Source of the DNA: Eledone cirrhosa
Taxonomy: Eukaryota
Length of the DNA: 64,000 nucleotides
Reading direction: 5' to 3'
Assembly (NCBI GenBank): GCA_964016885.1
Contig: OZ024745.1
Location: forward strand, 80,352,001-80,416,000
In this document: piece by piece, positions 32,228 through 44,642 of the stretch
Position numbering within the stretch: position 1 is the first letter of the stretch
Layout: the number at the start of each line of letters is the position of its first letter
Position numbers and translations under genes: made by a program
The notes under the pieces: generated by a model
Told to the model about the DNA's origin: nothing
Database searches by the model: none
The model's input: only the letters and a program-made list of their open reading frames with translations

Positions 32228-33392
32228 TATCATCATCAGTCCTTTGACTTCTGTAGTCATTGAGGGATACGAATGCAGAAGCAGCATATGTTCAAAATAG
32301 TCTACCAATGGCGTTGTCAGCAAATCTTGTGTAGTCATGTGCATCCATTCTTTGACATTGTCCAACCAGTTTTTGCGTTGACATCCAGTTTTTGCGTTGA
32401 CATCCCGTCCTGCGTCCACCTTCAATGGTGCCTTGCATGATGGTCTTGCACCGGCTGCATGATGGTCTTGCACTGACGTGGCCAAACCACACCAGTTTTC
32501 TCCTCTTGACAGTGGTGAGGAGAGGTTCCCACAAAACTTTCAAGCTTTCTCAGCCCGTATTCATTGGTTTTGCGTTCCCAATAGGAAATACAAAGGAGTT
32601 TTCTCATGCATTTGTCCTCAAATGCCTGGATCCTTCTCTCTATTTCTGCCAAAAATGTCCAGGTTTCACATCCATATAGGAGAATGGAGACTACTAGTGA
32701 TTTGTACAACCTGTACTTGGTCTGGAAGCTGACTTTGCTGCTCCATATTCTTGCTAATTTAGCTATCACCACCATAGCTGCGGCAATCCGTGTGCAGATT
32801 TCTGCATTGCATGTACCATCTTTTAACAGACTGCTCTCAAGTATTTGAAACTGGACACTTCCTCTAATGAATGTCCGTTCATGGTGATGTTGACACAGGT
32901 GCTACTTGTGTTACTCACTATTACTTTGGATTTCTTGTAGCTGACCTCCGTTCCACATGCTCCTCCTCTTTCAACAAGTATTTAGGTCAAGTCTTGGAGC
33001 TTGTTGTTACTGCCTTGGACAATGTTGTCTGCAAAACATAGGTCACAGATGGGTCTACTACCAGCAGAGATGGAGGTATCATGGTCGTTGAGGGTTTCTT
33101 GTATGATTCACTCTAAAAACACGTTTCAAACTCCTTACTGCTGCTTCAACCTCCTCCTTCAGTATTGATAGACTGGTTTCGTCTTCTGTGGAGTGCTGGT
33201 CAGTTTGCAGTACGGAGGTATCTCGGTAGAGCTGGTAATTGACAAACTATGAGAGTATTGAGTCCATCTATGGAGGACCTCTTCACTGTCTGTCAGCAGC
33301 TTATCATTTCCATCCCCTACGACCGTTGCCCTCGACTGGATGGTCTTAGTGAGAGATTTAAGAGTATTGTAGGCTTGTTTGCTATTGCCAGT
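32228..33392 (-). mobile_element. Degenerate RTE LINE (different family)
   Basis: LYKSLVVSILLYGCETWT, RRKLVWFGHV, QGTIEG.RR, NWLDNVKEW. Confidence 0.85.
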
Positions 33393-33647
33393 ATGAATAT
33401 ACACACACATATATAAGCAGTATTTTTTCTTTATTGGTATGTCAATTGGTTCACTTTTCAGGACATTTCAATATTATTCCATATATTTCATTATGTGTGT
33501 GTGTGTGGTTGCATATGTGTTCATTTATCAAATGGACACTACAATCTGACAATATAGTTCTGAAATGTTTTCATTCATGCTAGAAGTTAGTGGTTTTCCC
33601 TAATAGTGTTATTTTGCTTACTCTATACCCACCCCCATATATATATA

Positions 33648-33996
33648 TATAAACGTTTGAATTTGTAAAGCCAAACAATGCAGGTATGGACATAGAATAA
33701 AAATGTAAATGCAAAAGATATTGTTGACAATTAGTCTTTTACTTTAGATATATTTAAATGTCCTTAATTTTTGAGATAATATCTCTTCTTCGGAGGGAAG
33801 TAAAGCGGTTAAACCAGTGTTCTAAATAGCTTGCCAAGTCAAGGACATTTAAATATATCTAAGGTAAAAGACTAATTGTCAACAATATCTTTTGCATTTA
33901 CATTTTTATTCTATGTTCATGCCTGCATTGTTTGGCTTTACAAATTCAAACGTTTATACCTCATTACACAATGCTTCAAGTGAACTATAACTTCCT

Positions 33997-34000
<4 letters not shown>
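33648..34000. mobile_element. Penelope-like inverted-repeat element in (TA)n
   Basis: ~118-bp arms 33648-33765 and 33841-33958; eroded hammerhead core on the minus strand (CCGAAGA-AGAGATattATCTC-AAAA). Confidence 0.65.
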
Positions 34001-34036
<36 letters not shown>

Positions 34037-34959
34037 TTCCACTGCAAAGTGGTCGTGAAGGTGCCACGGCAAAAAAGCACCCAGCACTCACTGTAAATGA
34101 GGTTGGTGTTAGGAAGGGCATCCAGCTGTAGAAATCAAGCCAGAATCAGTTCCCGTCCCACCCTTGCAAGCAGGGAAAAGTGGACGTAAAATGATGATGA
34201 TGATGATGATGATATATATATATAATATAGAAAAGGCTTCTACAGGACTACTATATTAAATGTTTATACTCTGCTTTGCATTGAGTACCTTACTTACTAT
34301 GGTTACCCTCGATTGAACCCGGGATAAACTTATATATATATATGTATATATATCATCAGCATCATCATCATCACTATTTTGCGTCCATTCTTCCACTATA
34401 TAATAATAAGTATAGTACCAAGAAAAACAGGAATAACTAAACAGGAAGAATTGGTCAGAAAGAGAAGTGTATTGTCCTTAACATGTTTCTGTACAATATC
34501 TGTCTAAATGCGCTGACTGCAAATTCCATGCTCAATCCCATGCATTACATACTAAAATATTGCATTTCATCAGAAAGAGAAAAATTGTTATAGCCCAAGG
34601 TGAGGTTGTTGCATTTTTGCAATAAGTACCACTTACTGCTAACTGCTCCAAGGTATTTTCACTGTTGCAAAGTGTCCATAATGGAGGAGAAGTTACATCT
34701 TCTTAATTCGTGTTAATCTTCCCATGATCCGACACCTCGAAATATCCACAAAATAAACTCTACTCTCAAAGATGGCATGTTACAATTAACATGCCAGGAG
34801 TACGAATATTCGTCAACATATGATTTGGGTTTTATTCTTTGGACTAATCTCATGGTAAGCCAACTTCCAGGTCATGGATCATCACACTTTTTTGTAACTT
34901 ATCACCGATTCCTGCAGTTGACCATAATATGACCTAAGCATGTGCAAGCTTAGGTCATA

Positions 34960-35293
34960 TTTGAAATTTCTTTATGTCTATTTCTAATAAGTTGTTGCCT
35001 CGTTTTGGAGGACTGAGTTGGAAGAGGAAGAAGGGAAGTAGTGGGAGGGAGGGTTTAACATACAGTAGTAGTATCTCCTCTTCCCCCTCTCTCACTGAAA
35101 CGTCTTCCCTTTCCTCCTCCATTGTAAATTGTAAAGATGTCCCCAGGGGGTTTCATTATTGATTTTTATTTAGCCAGTCCTGTTTCTGAATATTAGCTTG
35201 GCATATGTGTAAAATTTCATCAGGATCGAATCACTGGTGCGGGCGCTAACTGGTTACACACAGACAGCCAGAAATTGCCATTTATATAGTAGA
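34960..35293 (-). mobile_element. Helitron/Helentron-associated non-autonomous element, 5' part
   Basis: Minus strand starts A|TCTACTATATAAA; (ACAG)-type microsatellite and aaatttcatcaggatcg core typical of DINE-1-like elements. Confidence 0.55.
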
Positions 35294-35354
35294 TAAAGGA
35301 ATAATGAAGAATAACAAAAGGAATAAGGAAAAGAGAAAGTAGAAATACCATAAA

Positions 35355-35553
35355 TCCTTTAGCATTTAAACCGGCCAGAATTCTCTCACCTTTTTCTGTT
35401 CAAATCGGCTGTAACCAGCCACTCATACTGATGTTAAGGTATTGTTCTCAAAATCTCATAGATTCAAGAATTTCATAGCTTAGATATTATGTGAAATAAA
35501 GCTTTTGCTCTGAAAATATAACTGTAAATATAGAGTAATGTAAATGCTAAAGG
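35355..35553 (+). mobile_element. piggyBac-like MITE
   Basis: TIR CCTTTAGCATTTA / TAAATGCTAAAGG followed by TTAA; same family as 41917-42112 and 37100-37219. Confidence 0.7.
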
Positions 35554-35892
35554 TTAAGTTAGTAAGAGGGAGGAGAGGTTACAATCTATGTGGCCAGTGA
35601 GAAAAGAAAGACGACGGGGGTGGGGGGGGTTATCACTGATCAGAACCTACTTAATTTATGCATTGTGGATAGAGGAGGAGGGGGCAAGGAGGAAGATGAG
35701 AAAAGTGAGAAGAGCCTGGAAAAGTAGAGAAGGAAGGAAGAGAGAAGGAACTCTGGCCATGACAATCAGATTTAATAAGATATAGTTGAAAGGTAATATA
35801 TATATATATTCGGTTCGACAGAATGTTTTTGCTGTTTTCCAAATTTTTATTGATGTTTGCATTTTTTAACATCAGGAAAATTTTACAAATCA

Positions 35893-36232
35893 AGGATTGG
35901 CAGTATTGGTAGAGGGTCGGACACCATGCTTTGCAGCAAAGAGTTACGGCCCTTTATGGTCTGAGTTCAAATCCCACCGAGGTTAACTTTGCCTTTCATC
36001 CTTACGGGGTCGATAAAATAAAGTACCAGTAATACACAGGGATAATTGCTGGCCTTGTGCCAAAAGTAGAAACAATTATTTGTGATTACCAAGGTGGTGG
36101 ATTGGCAGTATTGGTAGAGGGTCTTTGGTTATCTTTGCCCTTCATCCTTACGAGGTCGATAAAATAAAGTACCAGTAATGCACTGGGATAATTGCTGGCC
36201 TTGTGCCAAAAGTTGAAACAATTATTTGTGAT
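35893..36232 (+). mobile_element. Tandem pair of Nin/Deu-domain-like tRNA SINEs
   Basis: Two head-to-tail copies ggattggcagtattggtagagggtc...gtgccaaaagt.gaaacaattatttgtgattacc; the second lacks the B-box region. Confidence 0.85.
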
Positions 36233-36239
36233 TACCTGC

Positions 36240-37095
36240 TATTGTTTAAGAAGGCACATAATTCCATCCGTGTAGAATTCTTCTGGTTTCCATGCAAAAA
36301 ATTCTGTCAGCCACTGATTCAACTGGTGAAGGTCTTTTGATGCATTGCATTACTCATTGAGAGTAAAAGGTGATAGTCTGTAGGCATGAGGTTGAGTAAA
36401 TATTGTGGGTGGGGTAGAACCTCCCAACCCAGCTCCAGCAGTTTCTCACAGGTTATCCTTGATTTATGCGGCCAAGCATTATCAGAAAAGAATCAAACAG
36501 GACCATGGCGTCGGCATACCTGTACAATTTTCATTGCTAATCTGTCAAGTTGTTGGCAATAGACATCAGAAATTATGCTGGTGAGTGGTCGACACCTTTC
36601 CAGTCCCACAAGATGATCAGTAGTGCCTTGTGAGGGTGGAGGCCAGCTTTTGTTCACCTTTGTGGTACATTCTCTCTCTATCAACCTATGATTGTTTGTG
36701 CTTGACACCACATGTAGAGACACCACTTTTCATGACCAGTGACAATGAATATGGACAGATGGTAGGAGAGCAGAGAAGTCACAGCTGACACTCGTCATTC
36801 ATAATTACAGTCAGTCACATTGATCCAGCTTGGATACCTTCCCTATTGCATGCAATTGATTAAGGTTGGTTGTTTTCAATGCCCCAAGCACTTCAGAGAG
36901 TTGACGTGATGTCTGGTGTGAGTTGGTTTCCACCAGCTCACAGAGTTGCTCGTCATTGAAGTCAAATGGACATCCTGTGCAAGATCAATCTTCAAGGCTA
37001 TCATCACTGGAACAGAAGCATGTGAACTAATCTCAAATGCATTGTTAATGTGACAACTTGATGCTGCAGCCCTTAGGCCAGATTTGAAGTCACAA
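36240..37095 (-). mobile_element. Old degenerate mariner transposase
   Basis: Remnants IVTGHE.W, YCQQLDRL, DNAWPH, LGWEVLPHP, PTDYHL. Confidence 0.75.
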
Positions 37096-38527
37096 AGTGA
37101 TTTATGAGATTTTGATGTTATTTATTTTGACATCAGTATGAGTAGCCAATTATGGCCGGTTTGAAGAGAAAGAAGTGAGAGAATTCTGGCTGGGGACAGC
37201 CGTTTTAAATGCTAAAGGGATAATGCTCTGTGATGCCAGTTATTTTCAAGTCTTTTGGATTTTACTTTGGATTTATTAGATTTGCATCATAGATAATCAT
37301 AACAACACTTTGAGCTTTCCAGCATCTTGTTTTGTCAAAACTAAGTGAATATCTCCATTTATAAATCTTTATGCTTTTTCTATTCAATTTCTAGCTCTCT
37401 GATGAGGTCATAACAGTTGCGTAACAGTTATCACTGAAATATATATAACATCAATTATGAATAAATGAAGTAAATTCTAACCTGCTAACTTGTACTTCAA
37501 AATTATAATTATACTCTGGAGTAAACAGACCCACTTGTGTACATCGTGGAGTGCTCTATCCCGCATACAATATTGTCAGTGATTAACTAATACATACTTT
37601 ACCAAATATATATATATCATCGTTTAACATCCATTTTCCATGCTAGCATGGGTTAGATGAGTTGTCCCATTGGGAAACAAGTCAGATCAGGTGATCATGT
37701 CTTGCTCATTACAGAATTGTTTCTGGCTTGGTTTCTATGGCTGGATGCCCTTCTTAATGTCAACCACATTTACAGTATGGACTGGGTGCTTTTTATCATG
37801 GCGCCAAAATGACCAACAGACAGGAGAGAGAGAGAGGTCAATCTATTTCCAACTGAGTTTGAAAAATAATAGAAATATAATAATTACTACAAAAAGGGTA
37901 GATAACTGAGAGAAAAAATTCTTTAAGTTTGTTTGCTCTTTTTTAAGAAAATTCAGGTCTACGGTCAGTGTTATCATTTACTTAAAATTATACAAGCAAA
38001 TGAAACTCATAAATTTACTATATGTACTCACTTATAAAAATTAACATTATTCTTTGTTAGTGATTCCAATAAGTCATAGAGTTGTTGGCTATTTCCTATG
38101 TGTTGTATATCAACAGAAAATCAGCTTGGTAGAGCTGATCTTTCTGTAGACTATATCCATGGAAGAAGTTGAAACCAACACTGGGTTTCTCTTTGTTATA
38201 TTTCTTACAGAAGTGATCTATACCACTCTGGTTCCTACTTACAGCTAGGCTGGCTGTATCATTAAGCAATAGTTACATTAACCATGAACAAAATGTGACA
38301 CTGATAAGAGAAAAGAAACCAGAATCCACAATCCTATTGATTCAGCTAGCTGCAACTCTCTAAATATATTGAGTATCTTCAAAATAGTTTGCTTGCTTGG
38401 TTATAAGTACTAGCAGTAAAACCGCCCTTCGGGTGGTTTTCCGCTAGCATTTGTAGTGTGCATATTGGTATTATACGCAAATATATATGTAAATTGTAAA
38501 GTAAATTGACAATATCTTCTTCTTCTA

Positions 38528-38890
38528 TGCACTTTATCGAGTAACGTTACTCCAAAGACCCTTCGGAGGAATCCCATTTCTGCTGCTTTTATTAGCAATT
38601 GTATTCTTTTGGTCATTACTCAAGATTCATGATCCTCGGTAAGAGTTGGCAGGAATACTAGAAAGACAGCGAGTTTGGCTTTTACACCTACTTTTACATC
38701 TTCTGATTGCTGAATGCTGAGGCTGGCGCATTACTGCATCAGCTTTTGCAATTCTTGCACTTAATTCAGCCTCCTGCCTTTCATCACTCATGAACACGGC
38801 TCCAAGATACTTGAACTTCTCTAACTGCTTCAGTAGGACTCCATTCACATGTATATAAATTTGAGGGACTTCTGTCCACTCGTCCATCAT
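38528..38890 (-). mobile_element. RTE LINE fragment
   Basis: LKQLEKFKYLG, IKAAEMGFLRRVFGVTLLDK. Confidence 0.75.
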
Positions 38891-39029
38891 GCAATGTGTA
38901 TGTGTGTGTAAAAGGAAGGATGGGATACACACATATATATGTCTAACTTAAAAACAGTGACACACACACGTGTCTCTAATTTAAGAACACCGACAAACTG
39001 AAGTGCGCGCACATACACACACTGTCCTA

Positions 39030-39688
39030 TTACCACTTAAGAGCTTTGGCCTGGGCAAACATCCCCTCAATTTTGGAACCGTCTGGGTTGTCCTGAATTG
39101 ATGGGAAAAGACTTTACGGTCTTACTCTGTGCTCCTGGTCAAGAGGCAGGTGCCTTACCTGGGAGTCACAGTTAGTGGCTCTTTGGCTTCTTCCCACATT
39201 CTGGATGCAGTGGTAAGGGCGAGATCTACAGCATCCGTAGCTGAACAGAATAAAATCTTAAAATACTGTGTTCTGTCAGCTAACTACATTATCCAGTCTG
39301 TGGCGTTCGAGACGTTTGGGGGAGTTGGGCTACTGACAGCGAGATTCTTATCTTCACTGGCGGCTCGCCAAGCAGAGGTAACTGGTGATGCTCGTGAGCG
39401 CACTTGGTTGTTCCAGCACCTCAGCGTCGCCATCACCCTAGGTAACGCTGCGAGCATGCTAGCCTGCCTCAAAAATTATTAGAGAGGTTTCCCAGTGTTC
39501 CTCGCTATGTTGCTCTGGTAGCGGCTCGTTTTTCCACTCTTTCGCCTGCATTTTGTCTAAGATGTGTGTATTACCTGCTTGTGTATTTTTTTTCTTTTTT
39601 TCCTTTCCCTTTACTTTGTATATATCATATTTGTTAGTGTTTTCATTCTGTAACCATTATATTAAATGAGTTAATAAATAAATAAAAT
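39030..39688 (+). mobile_element. CRE-clade (restriction-like endonuclease) non-LTR retrotransposon 3' end
   Basis: IPSILEPSGL..DGKR..GLTL.SW..G.CLTW, K..KY, VAFETFG, WLFQHLSVAI.LGNA; ends in AATAAATAAATAAAA. Confidence 0.75.
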
Positions 39689-40107
39689 GTTATACTTGTT
39701 TTACCCTCCGATTTCCAATTCACCGAACGCTGCTATCATGACTGTATGTGTATGTTTGTGTAAAAAAATGTGTGAATGTATGTATGTTTGTGTGAAAATA
39801 TGTGTATTTGTGTGAATGTATGTCTGTGTATTTTTATAAGTTTGTGTTTGCGCGATTATAGTTATATACTCATATATATAGATGTATGTATGTGCACACT
39901 CATGCGCGTCAGTGTATAGAAAATCATAATCTGTCTATCTCTCTCACCACACACTCCCTCTATCTATATATATGGTAGTTGAAGTGGTGGTTGGTGGCGA
40001 CGATATACCGGAAGTGATTTGAAATTTTGAAAAGAAGTCAATTTTAAATTATTTATGCTAACGAAATTTAGTACATAAATTATGTAATATTCATTCATTA
40101 TTTATTC

Positions 40108-40297
40108 GGCAGTGGATTGGCAGTATTGGTAGAGGGTCGGACGCCTTGCTTTCCAGCATAGTTACATCCCTTTACGGTCTGAGTTCAAATCCCGTCGAGG
40201 TTAACTTTGCCTTTCATCCTTACGGGGTCGATAAAATAAAGTACCAGTAATGCACTGGGAAAATTGCTGGCCTTGTGCCAAAAGTAGAAACAATTAT
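40108..40297 (+). mobile_element. Nin/Deu-domain-like tRNA SINE, well preserved
   Basis: A-box-like TGGCAGTATTGG, B-box GTTCAAATCC, conserved central domain. Confidence 0.88.
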
Positions 40298-41074
40298 TTA
40301 TTCAAAGTAATCTAACTTATTTTACTAACTGGATTAAAAGAAATAAACTGTATGCAGTCCTTACTTTATTATAGTTTAGATATAGAAATTCAACAAGATT
40401 TTATAATTATGTTAATTAGAAGTAGCACTAACATAGTTGGGTTCATACGAAAGCATAAAAAACATAGAATCTCTCTAAAAATGTTTTTAAAAGCTATGAT
40501 CATGTCACAGTTATCTTAGTAGCAGGGAGAATGTCAGACTACTGTTTCTGTATTTTTATCTGTCATCAGTGACATTTACTTATTCGGTACTGAGACAAGA
40601 ATAGGCTAAAGCCAATATGAATTTTGTGTATGAAACATTAGCTGGAGATGCTCATTTGCATATAGCTGTAACATGACCACAGCTTTAAAAAAAATTCATA
40701 GCAAGACTCTTGTATGTTTATTATACATAAATATATTGTATGTACTTTCATATACACGCCTATTATTTCTTATAATTATATGGAAGCATCTTTGAATCAC
40801 TGTAAACTTTAGTTGTCATTTAGGTCAAAGGTACTTCAACCATGACAATCCCAGCCAGAGCATAGAGAGAATTACATTGCCCAGTATGTATCTCTTTTCC
40901 TTAGATGATATGGAATTATTTTGAAGGAGATTTAGCTGCTATTTCTAGCTAGTCAAGTAACCAATTATAGGCTTTATTATTGGGTCATATAAACTTTAGT
41001 TGTTAGGGATGGAGGTGCATAGTTAAAGTAATGCATTTAAACTCTTTGCTTTAGTATCAATGAAATCATACCAG

Positions 41075-41470
41075 TACCTCACCAAAAAGCACCCAGTGCA
41101 ATCTGTTAAGTGGTTGTGCTGGTACCATGACAAAAAAAAAAACATCCAGGCCACTCTGTACAGTGTTCTGGTACCACAACAAAAAACACCCAGTCCACCC
41201 AGTTTAGTATTTGTGCTGATATCACAACAAAAAATACCCGGTAAGTAGATCATGCTGGTACCACAACAAAAACAAAACCCAGTCCACCTTGTAAAGTGGG
41301 AGTGGTGATGCCATGAAAAAAGCTCCCAGTACATGCTGTAATGTGGTTGGCGATAGGAAGGGCATCATTATAGAAACCAAGCCAAAAATAGACATGGTCA
41401 CCTGACTGGACAACCCATCTAACCTATGCAAGCATGGAAAATCAATGTTAAATGATGGTGATGATGATGA
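41075..41470 (+). repeat. RTE 3'UTR-derived repeat with ~6 tandem ~45-bp units
   Basis: Units like aaaaagcacccagtccaccttgtaaagtggttgtgctggtaccacaac, ending in the (GAT)n tail. Confidence 0.7.
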
Positions 41471-41569
41471 AGAATAAATTTATAGACAATCTCCAGTTTT
41501 AATGGATTGTTGAAACCAGATTGATTCTTGTTAATACTTATATGGATATTAGTATTTAGAGATAGAATG

Positions 41570-41787
41570 TGATAGATTGACAGTATTAGTTGAGCATCGG
41601 ACATGCTTTGTGGCATATAGTTACAACCCTTTATGTTCTGAGTTCAAATCCCACTGAGGTTAGCTTTGCTTTTCATGTTTATGAGGGTCATAACATAAAA
41701 CACCAGCAATGCACTGGGGTCGATTTAATTGATTTACCCTTCCCTTCAAATTGCTGGCCTTGTGTCTAAATTAGAAACAATTATTTA
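41570..41787 (+). mobile_element. Nin/Deu-domain-like tRNA SINE, diverged
   Basis: gagttcaaatcccactgaggttagctttgc...ttgctggccttgtg. Confidence 0.75.
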
Positions 41788-41916
41788 TAGAGACACAAGA
41801 TTTCTGAAATCCATTAGCAATGTAAATGAAGAGAAATAGTTACTTGCAAAAATTTTAATTGGGTCTATCATTCTCTAGTGCTTTCTAAGATCTATGAAGA
41901 TATTGTCAATTTTTAA

Positions 41917-42112
41917 CCCTTTAGCATTTAAACTGGCTGTATCCAGTCAGAATTCTCTCACCACTTTCTGTTCAAACCGGCTGTAACTGTCCACTCATAC
42001 TGATGTTAAGGTATTGTTCCCAAAATAAATAATATCAAAATCTCATAGATTCAACATTATGTGAGGTAAAGACTTTAGCATGAAAATATAATAGCAAGTA
42101 AATGCTAAATAG
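41917..42112 (+). mobile_element. piggyBac-like MITE
   Basis: TTAA|CCCTTTAGCATTTA ... TAAATGCTAAATAG|TTAA. Confidence 0.75.
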
Positions 42113-42486
42113 TTAAATCTCTCAGTACCAAAAGAAACATTCCTGTTCAGTGATTTTTTATCTTCAGTCAAAATATTGCAGCAAACAACTCAGTAGTCAT
42201 TAAAACATGGGTCAAAATATCTCATAGTCTCTGTTCTGGTTCTCAGCACTTTGAGTTCAAATCTTGTTAAGGACAACTTTTTGGGGTTAATAAAATGAAG
42301 TTGAGGGCAGTGAACTGGTGGAATTGTTAGTGTTGGATGAGATGTTTTGTGGTATTTGGTGCAATTTTTTTGTGTTCATTCTACTATAGCCTACTTCAAT
42401 GGTAGATCATTAATCTGTTGGCCTGTTAAACACCACCACCTCGACCTTGGGTGTCTTTAGCAGTGTCCACTCTGTTTCAAACATTT

Positions 42487-42757
42487 ATATAATAATAATA
42501 ATAAAATTATTGTGTACAGTGCTCAGGTGCACTACAACTCATCAAAGGTGCATGTATAGTACATAGAATAATGTACAAATGTCAGGAAAGTGAACAGTGC
42601 ATGAGTCATGATATACATGTGTGCATGTGTATGGAGGGGGGATATCAGGTGTAGTGTTGGCGAATTTCAGGAAGCATGGAGGTTTTAAAGGATGCAGTAT
42701 CTTGGCAGCTAACTGATTCAGGTAGTTTGTTCCATACTTTAACAACTCTGAGCGTGA
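42487..42757 (-). mobile_element. CR1-like LINE 3' end with (TTA)n tail
   Basis: TLRVVKVWNKLPES..SCQDTASFKTSMLPEIRQHYT*. Confidence 0.7.
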
Positions 42758-42977
42758 TACCCTCTTCTCTTCTTTCCACTAAACTTGGAGGTCCCAAAAA
42801 TGTCATGGTCTCTGCCCTTATCTCCCAGGCTAAATAGTTAAAAAGAAAAACCCTTCATATATGAATCAACATTCTGTAATTGATAACCTACTCAGCTATT
42901 AACTCACCAGTTAACTTAATGTTATTAACCGTTGTTCATCTTTTAGGCATCTATTTGAAAGGCAGTCTAATCTGACA

Positions 42978-43264
42978 GTGGAGGCACGTGGCCTAGTGGT
43001 AAGAGTGTTGGACTTACGATCATAATGTCGTGAGCTCGATTCCTAGGTTGCGTGTTGTGTTCTTGAGCAAAACACTTTATTTCACGTTGCTCAAGTATAC
43101 TCAGCTGAAAATGAGTACCAGCAATAGCTGGAGGTTTAACCCTGTGATGGACTGGTGTCCTGTCCAGGGGTGAGTCTTGTACTCTCAGTCGCTTCACGCC
43201 ATGAAACTGGGATAAGCACCGGCCAAATGAGCCTTCTGGCTTAAGACAGACTTTAGACTTTAGA
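42978..43264 (+). mobile_element. Full-length tRNA-derived SINE (CORE-like plus V-domain-like)
   Basis: A-box TGGCCTAGTGG, B-box-like GCTCGATTCC, GTGTTCTTGAGCAAAACACTT, CCTGTGATGGACTGGTGTCCTGTCCAGGG, (AGACTTT)n tail; 11-bp TSD CTAATCTGACA. Confidence 0.88.
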
Positions 43265-44325
43265 CTAATCTGACAATTAATTGATTAATTGTTTTTTTGT
43301 TTTTTTTTACAGTTCAGTGACATGGAAAAGCAATATCCCAACACCCAGTACAAGGATACATTTCAGTGGAGAGGTCCTCTTTTAGCCTGCAAAGAACAAA
43401 ACCCCCCTAGTATTGGTATCACAATGGAACACACTCAGTAGCCCTTGTAAAGTGGTGGAAAAACAAACTGAAACAACATAAAGTATTTAACTTTAGTGTT
43501 GATTTCATGATAAAATGGCTCCACTACACTCTATAAAGTGGTACTTAACTTAGAATAAGCCCTTTTACCTGAAGAAAGACTTTGACAGGGTACCTCACAC
43601 CATGGGTGGGATCTTAAGAAATTAGTGGTAGATGAGTGGCTTGTACAAGCCAAGTACAGAGGTGCAGTCAGCAAAGTGAAAGTAAACAATGAGTTTAGCA
43701 TGCAGGTGGGAATCATTCAGTATTCTGTACTCAGCCACCTCCTGTTTACTATAGTCCTCCATACCACCTACCACCTGCCATTACAGTTACTTTCTGCATT
43801 GAGGATGTCTATTGAACTATCAACTTTGGATGTCTAACTCAGGACAGTAAAACAATAAACTATATATTTTGAGTGTCTAACTCAAAACAGTAATATGTAA
43901 AAATATATATTTTGGGTGTAAAACACTGAATTGGTATTCTATTGTCTCAGTCAGTAAAACATTAAACTAATATCCTATTTAACTAATATTCTATTGAACT
44001 AATATTCTATTGTCACAGTCATCTCCACAACCGTATTTTAGGAAAGATTTTATTAAAAATTATTTTATATTTTATTAACATATAATTGGGCTAATTCATT
44101 GACGAAATGTTCCTTTTTTTAAAATATAAAATACAGTGATCAAAATTGTTCCAACTTTTCTTTGACTTTGGGGGATAAAAACAGCTACTTAATGTTCATC
44201 CATTAATGTTTAATTTAAATTTTTGAAGGTCAATGTCAAGAAAGAAACAGAAAGATTCTATCAAAAATTTAAAAAATTAGATTCAATTTTCTATATTTGG
44301 CAATTCTGTTTTTAGCACAGTTGAT

Positions 44326-44642
44326 TCATGTAGTAAATTTGGTTTTTCTTTTTGGTTTATCTTCAACAATTTTCTTTTCATTTGCCTCTGAAGACTCAAA
44401 ATTAAGAACGGCTTCTGAATAGTCAATGAAACATTCTAAAGATTTCCATAATGGGCAGCCCTCAGGTGTAAAAGGATCTTCAGTTTGAACATTAATCTTT
44501 TCAAGTGCAGTTGGTGCACCCAATCGGTATGCATGCAGCATCATCCGGAATGGTTTGGTATCTTGCTTATCACTGTATGTGTGATCCCCAACAATACAAT
44601 GTCCTATGTGGGCACAATGGACCCTTAACTGGTGAGTACGAC
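44326..44642 (-). CDS. RPUSD1: RPUSD1 last coding exon
   Basis: ttgcag|(G)RTHQLRVHCAHIGHCIVGDHTY...KTKFTT*; AATAAA on the minus strand near 44049-44054. Confidence 0.93.

Larger units (their letters stand above)
38410..40380 (-). mobile_element. Non-autonomous Helitron carrying nested insertions
   Basis: Minus strand A|TCTAAACTATAATAAAG ... hairpin AAAACCACCC-gaa-GGGCGGTTTT, then ACTG CTAG|T. Confidence 0.65.

Noticed and set aside
41075-41350. Regularly spaced repeats resembling a CRISPR array
   Set aside because: The units are degenerate tandem copies from a LINE 3'UTR with no unique spacers, no cas genes, and a eukaryotic context.
42978-43050. tRNA gene-like sequences (also at 35900, 40108, 63065)
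   Set aside because: A/B boxes are followed by SINE bodies and tails with no complete cloverleaf; these are SINE heads.
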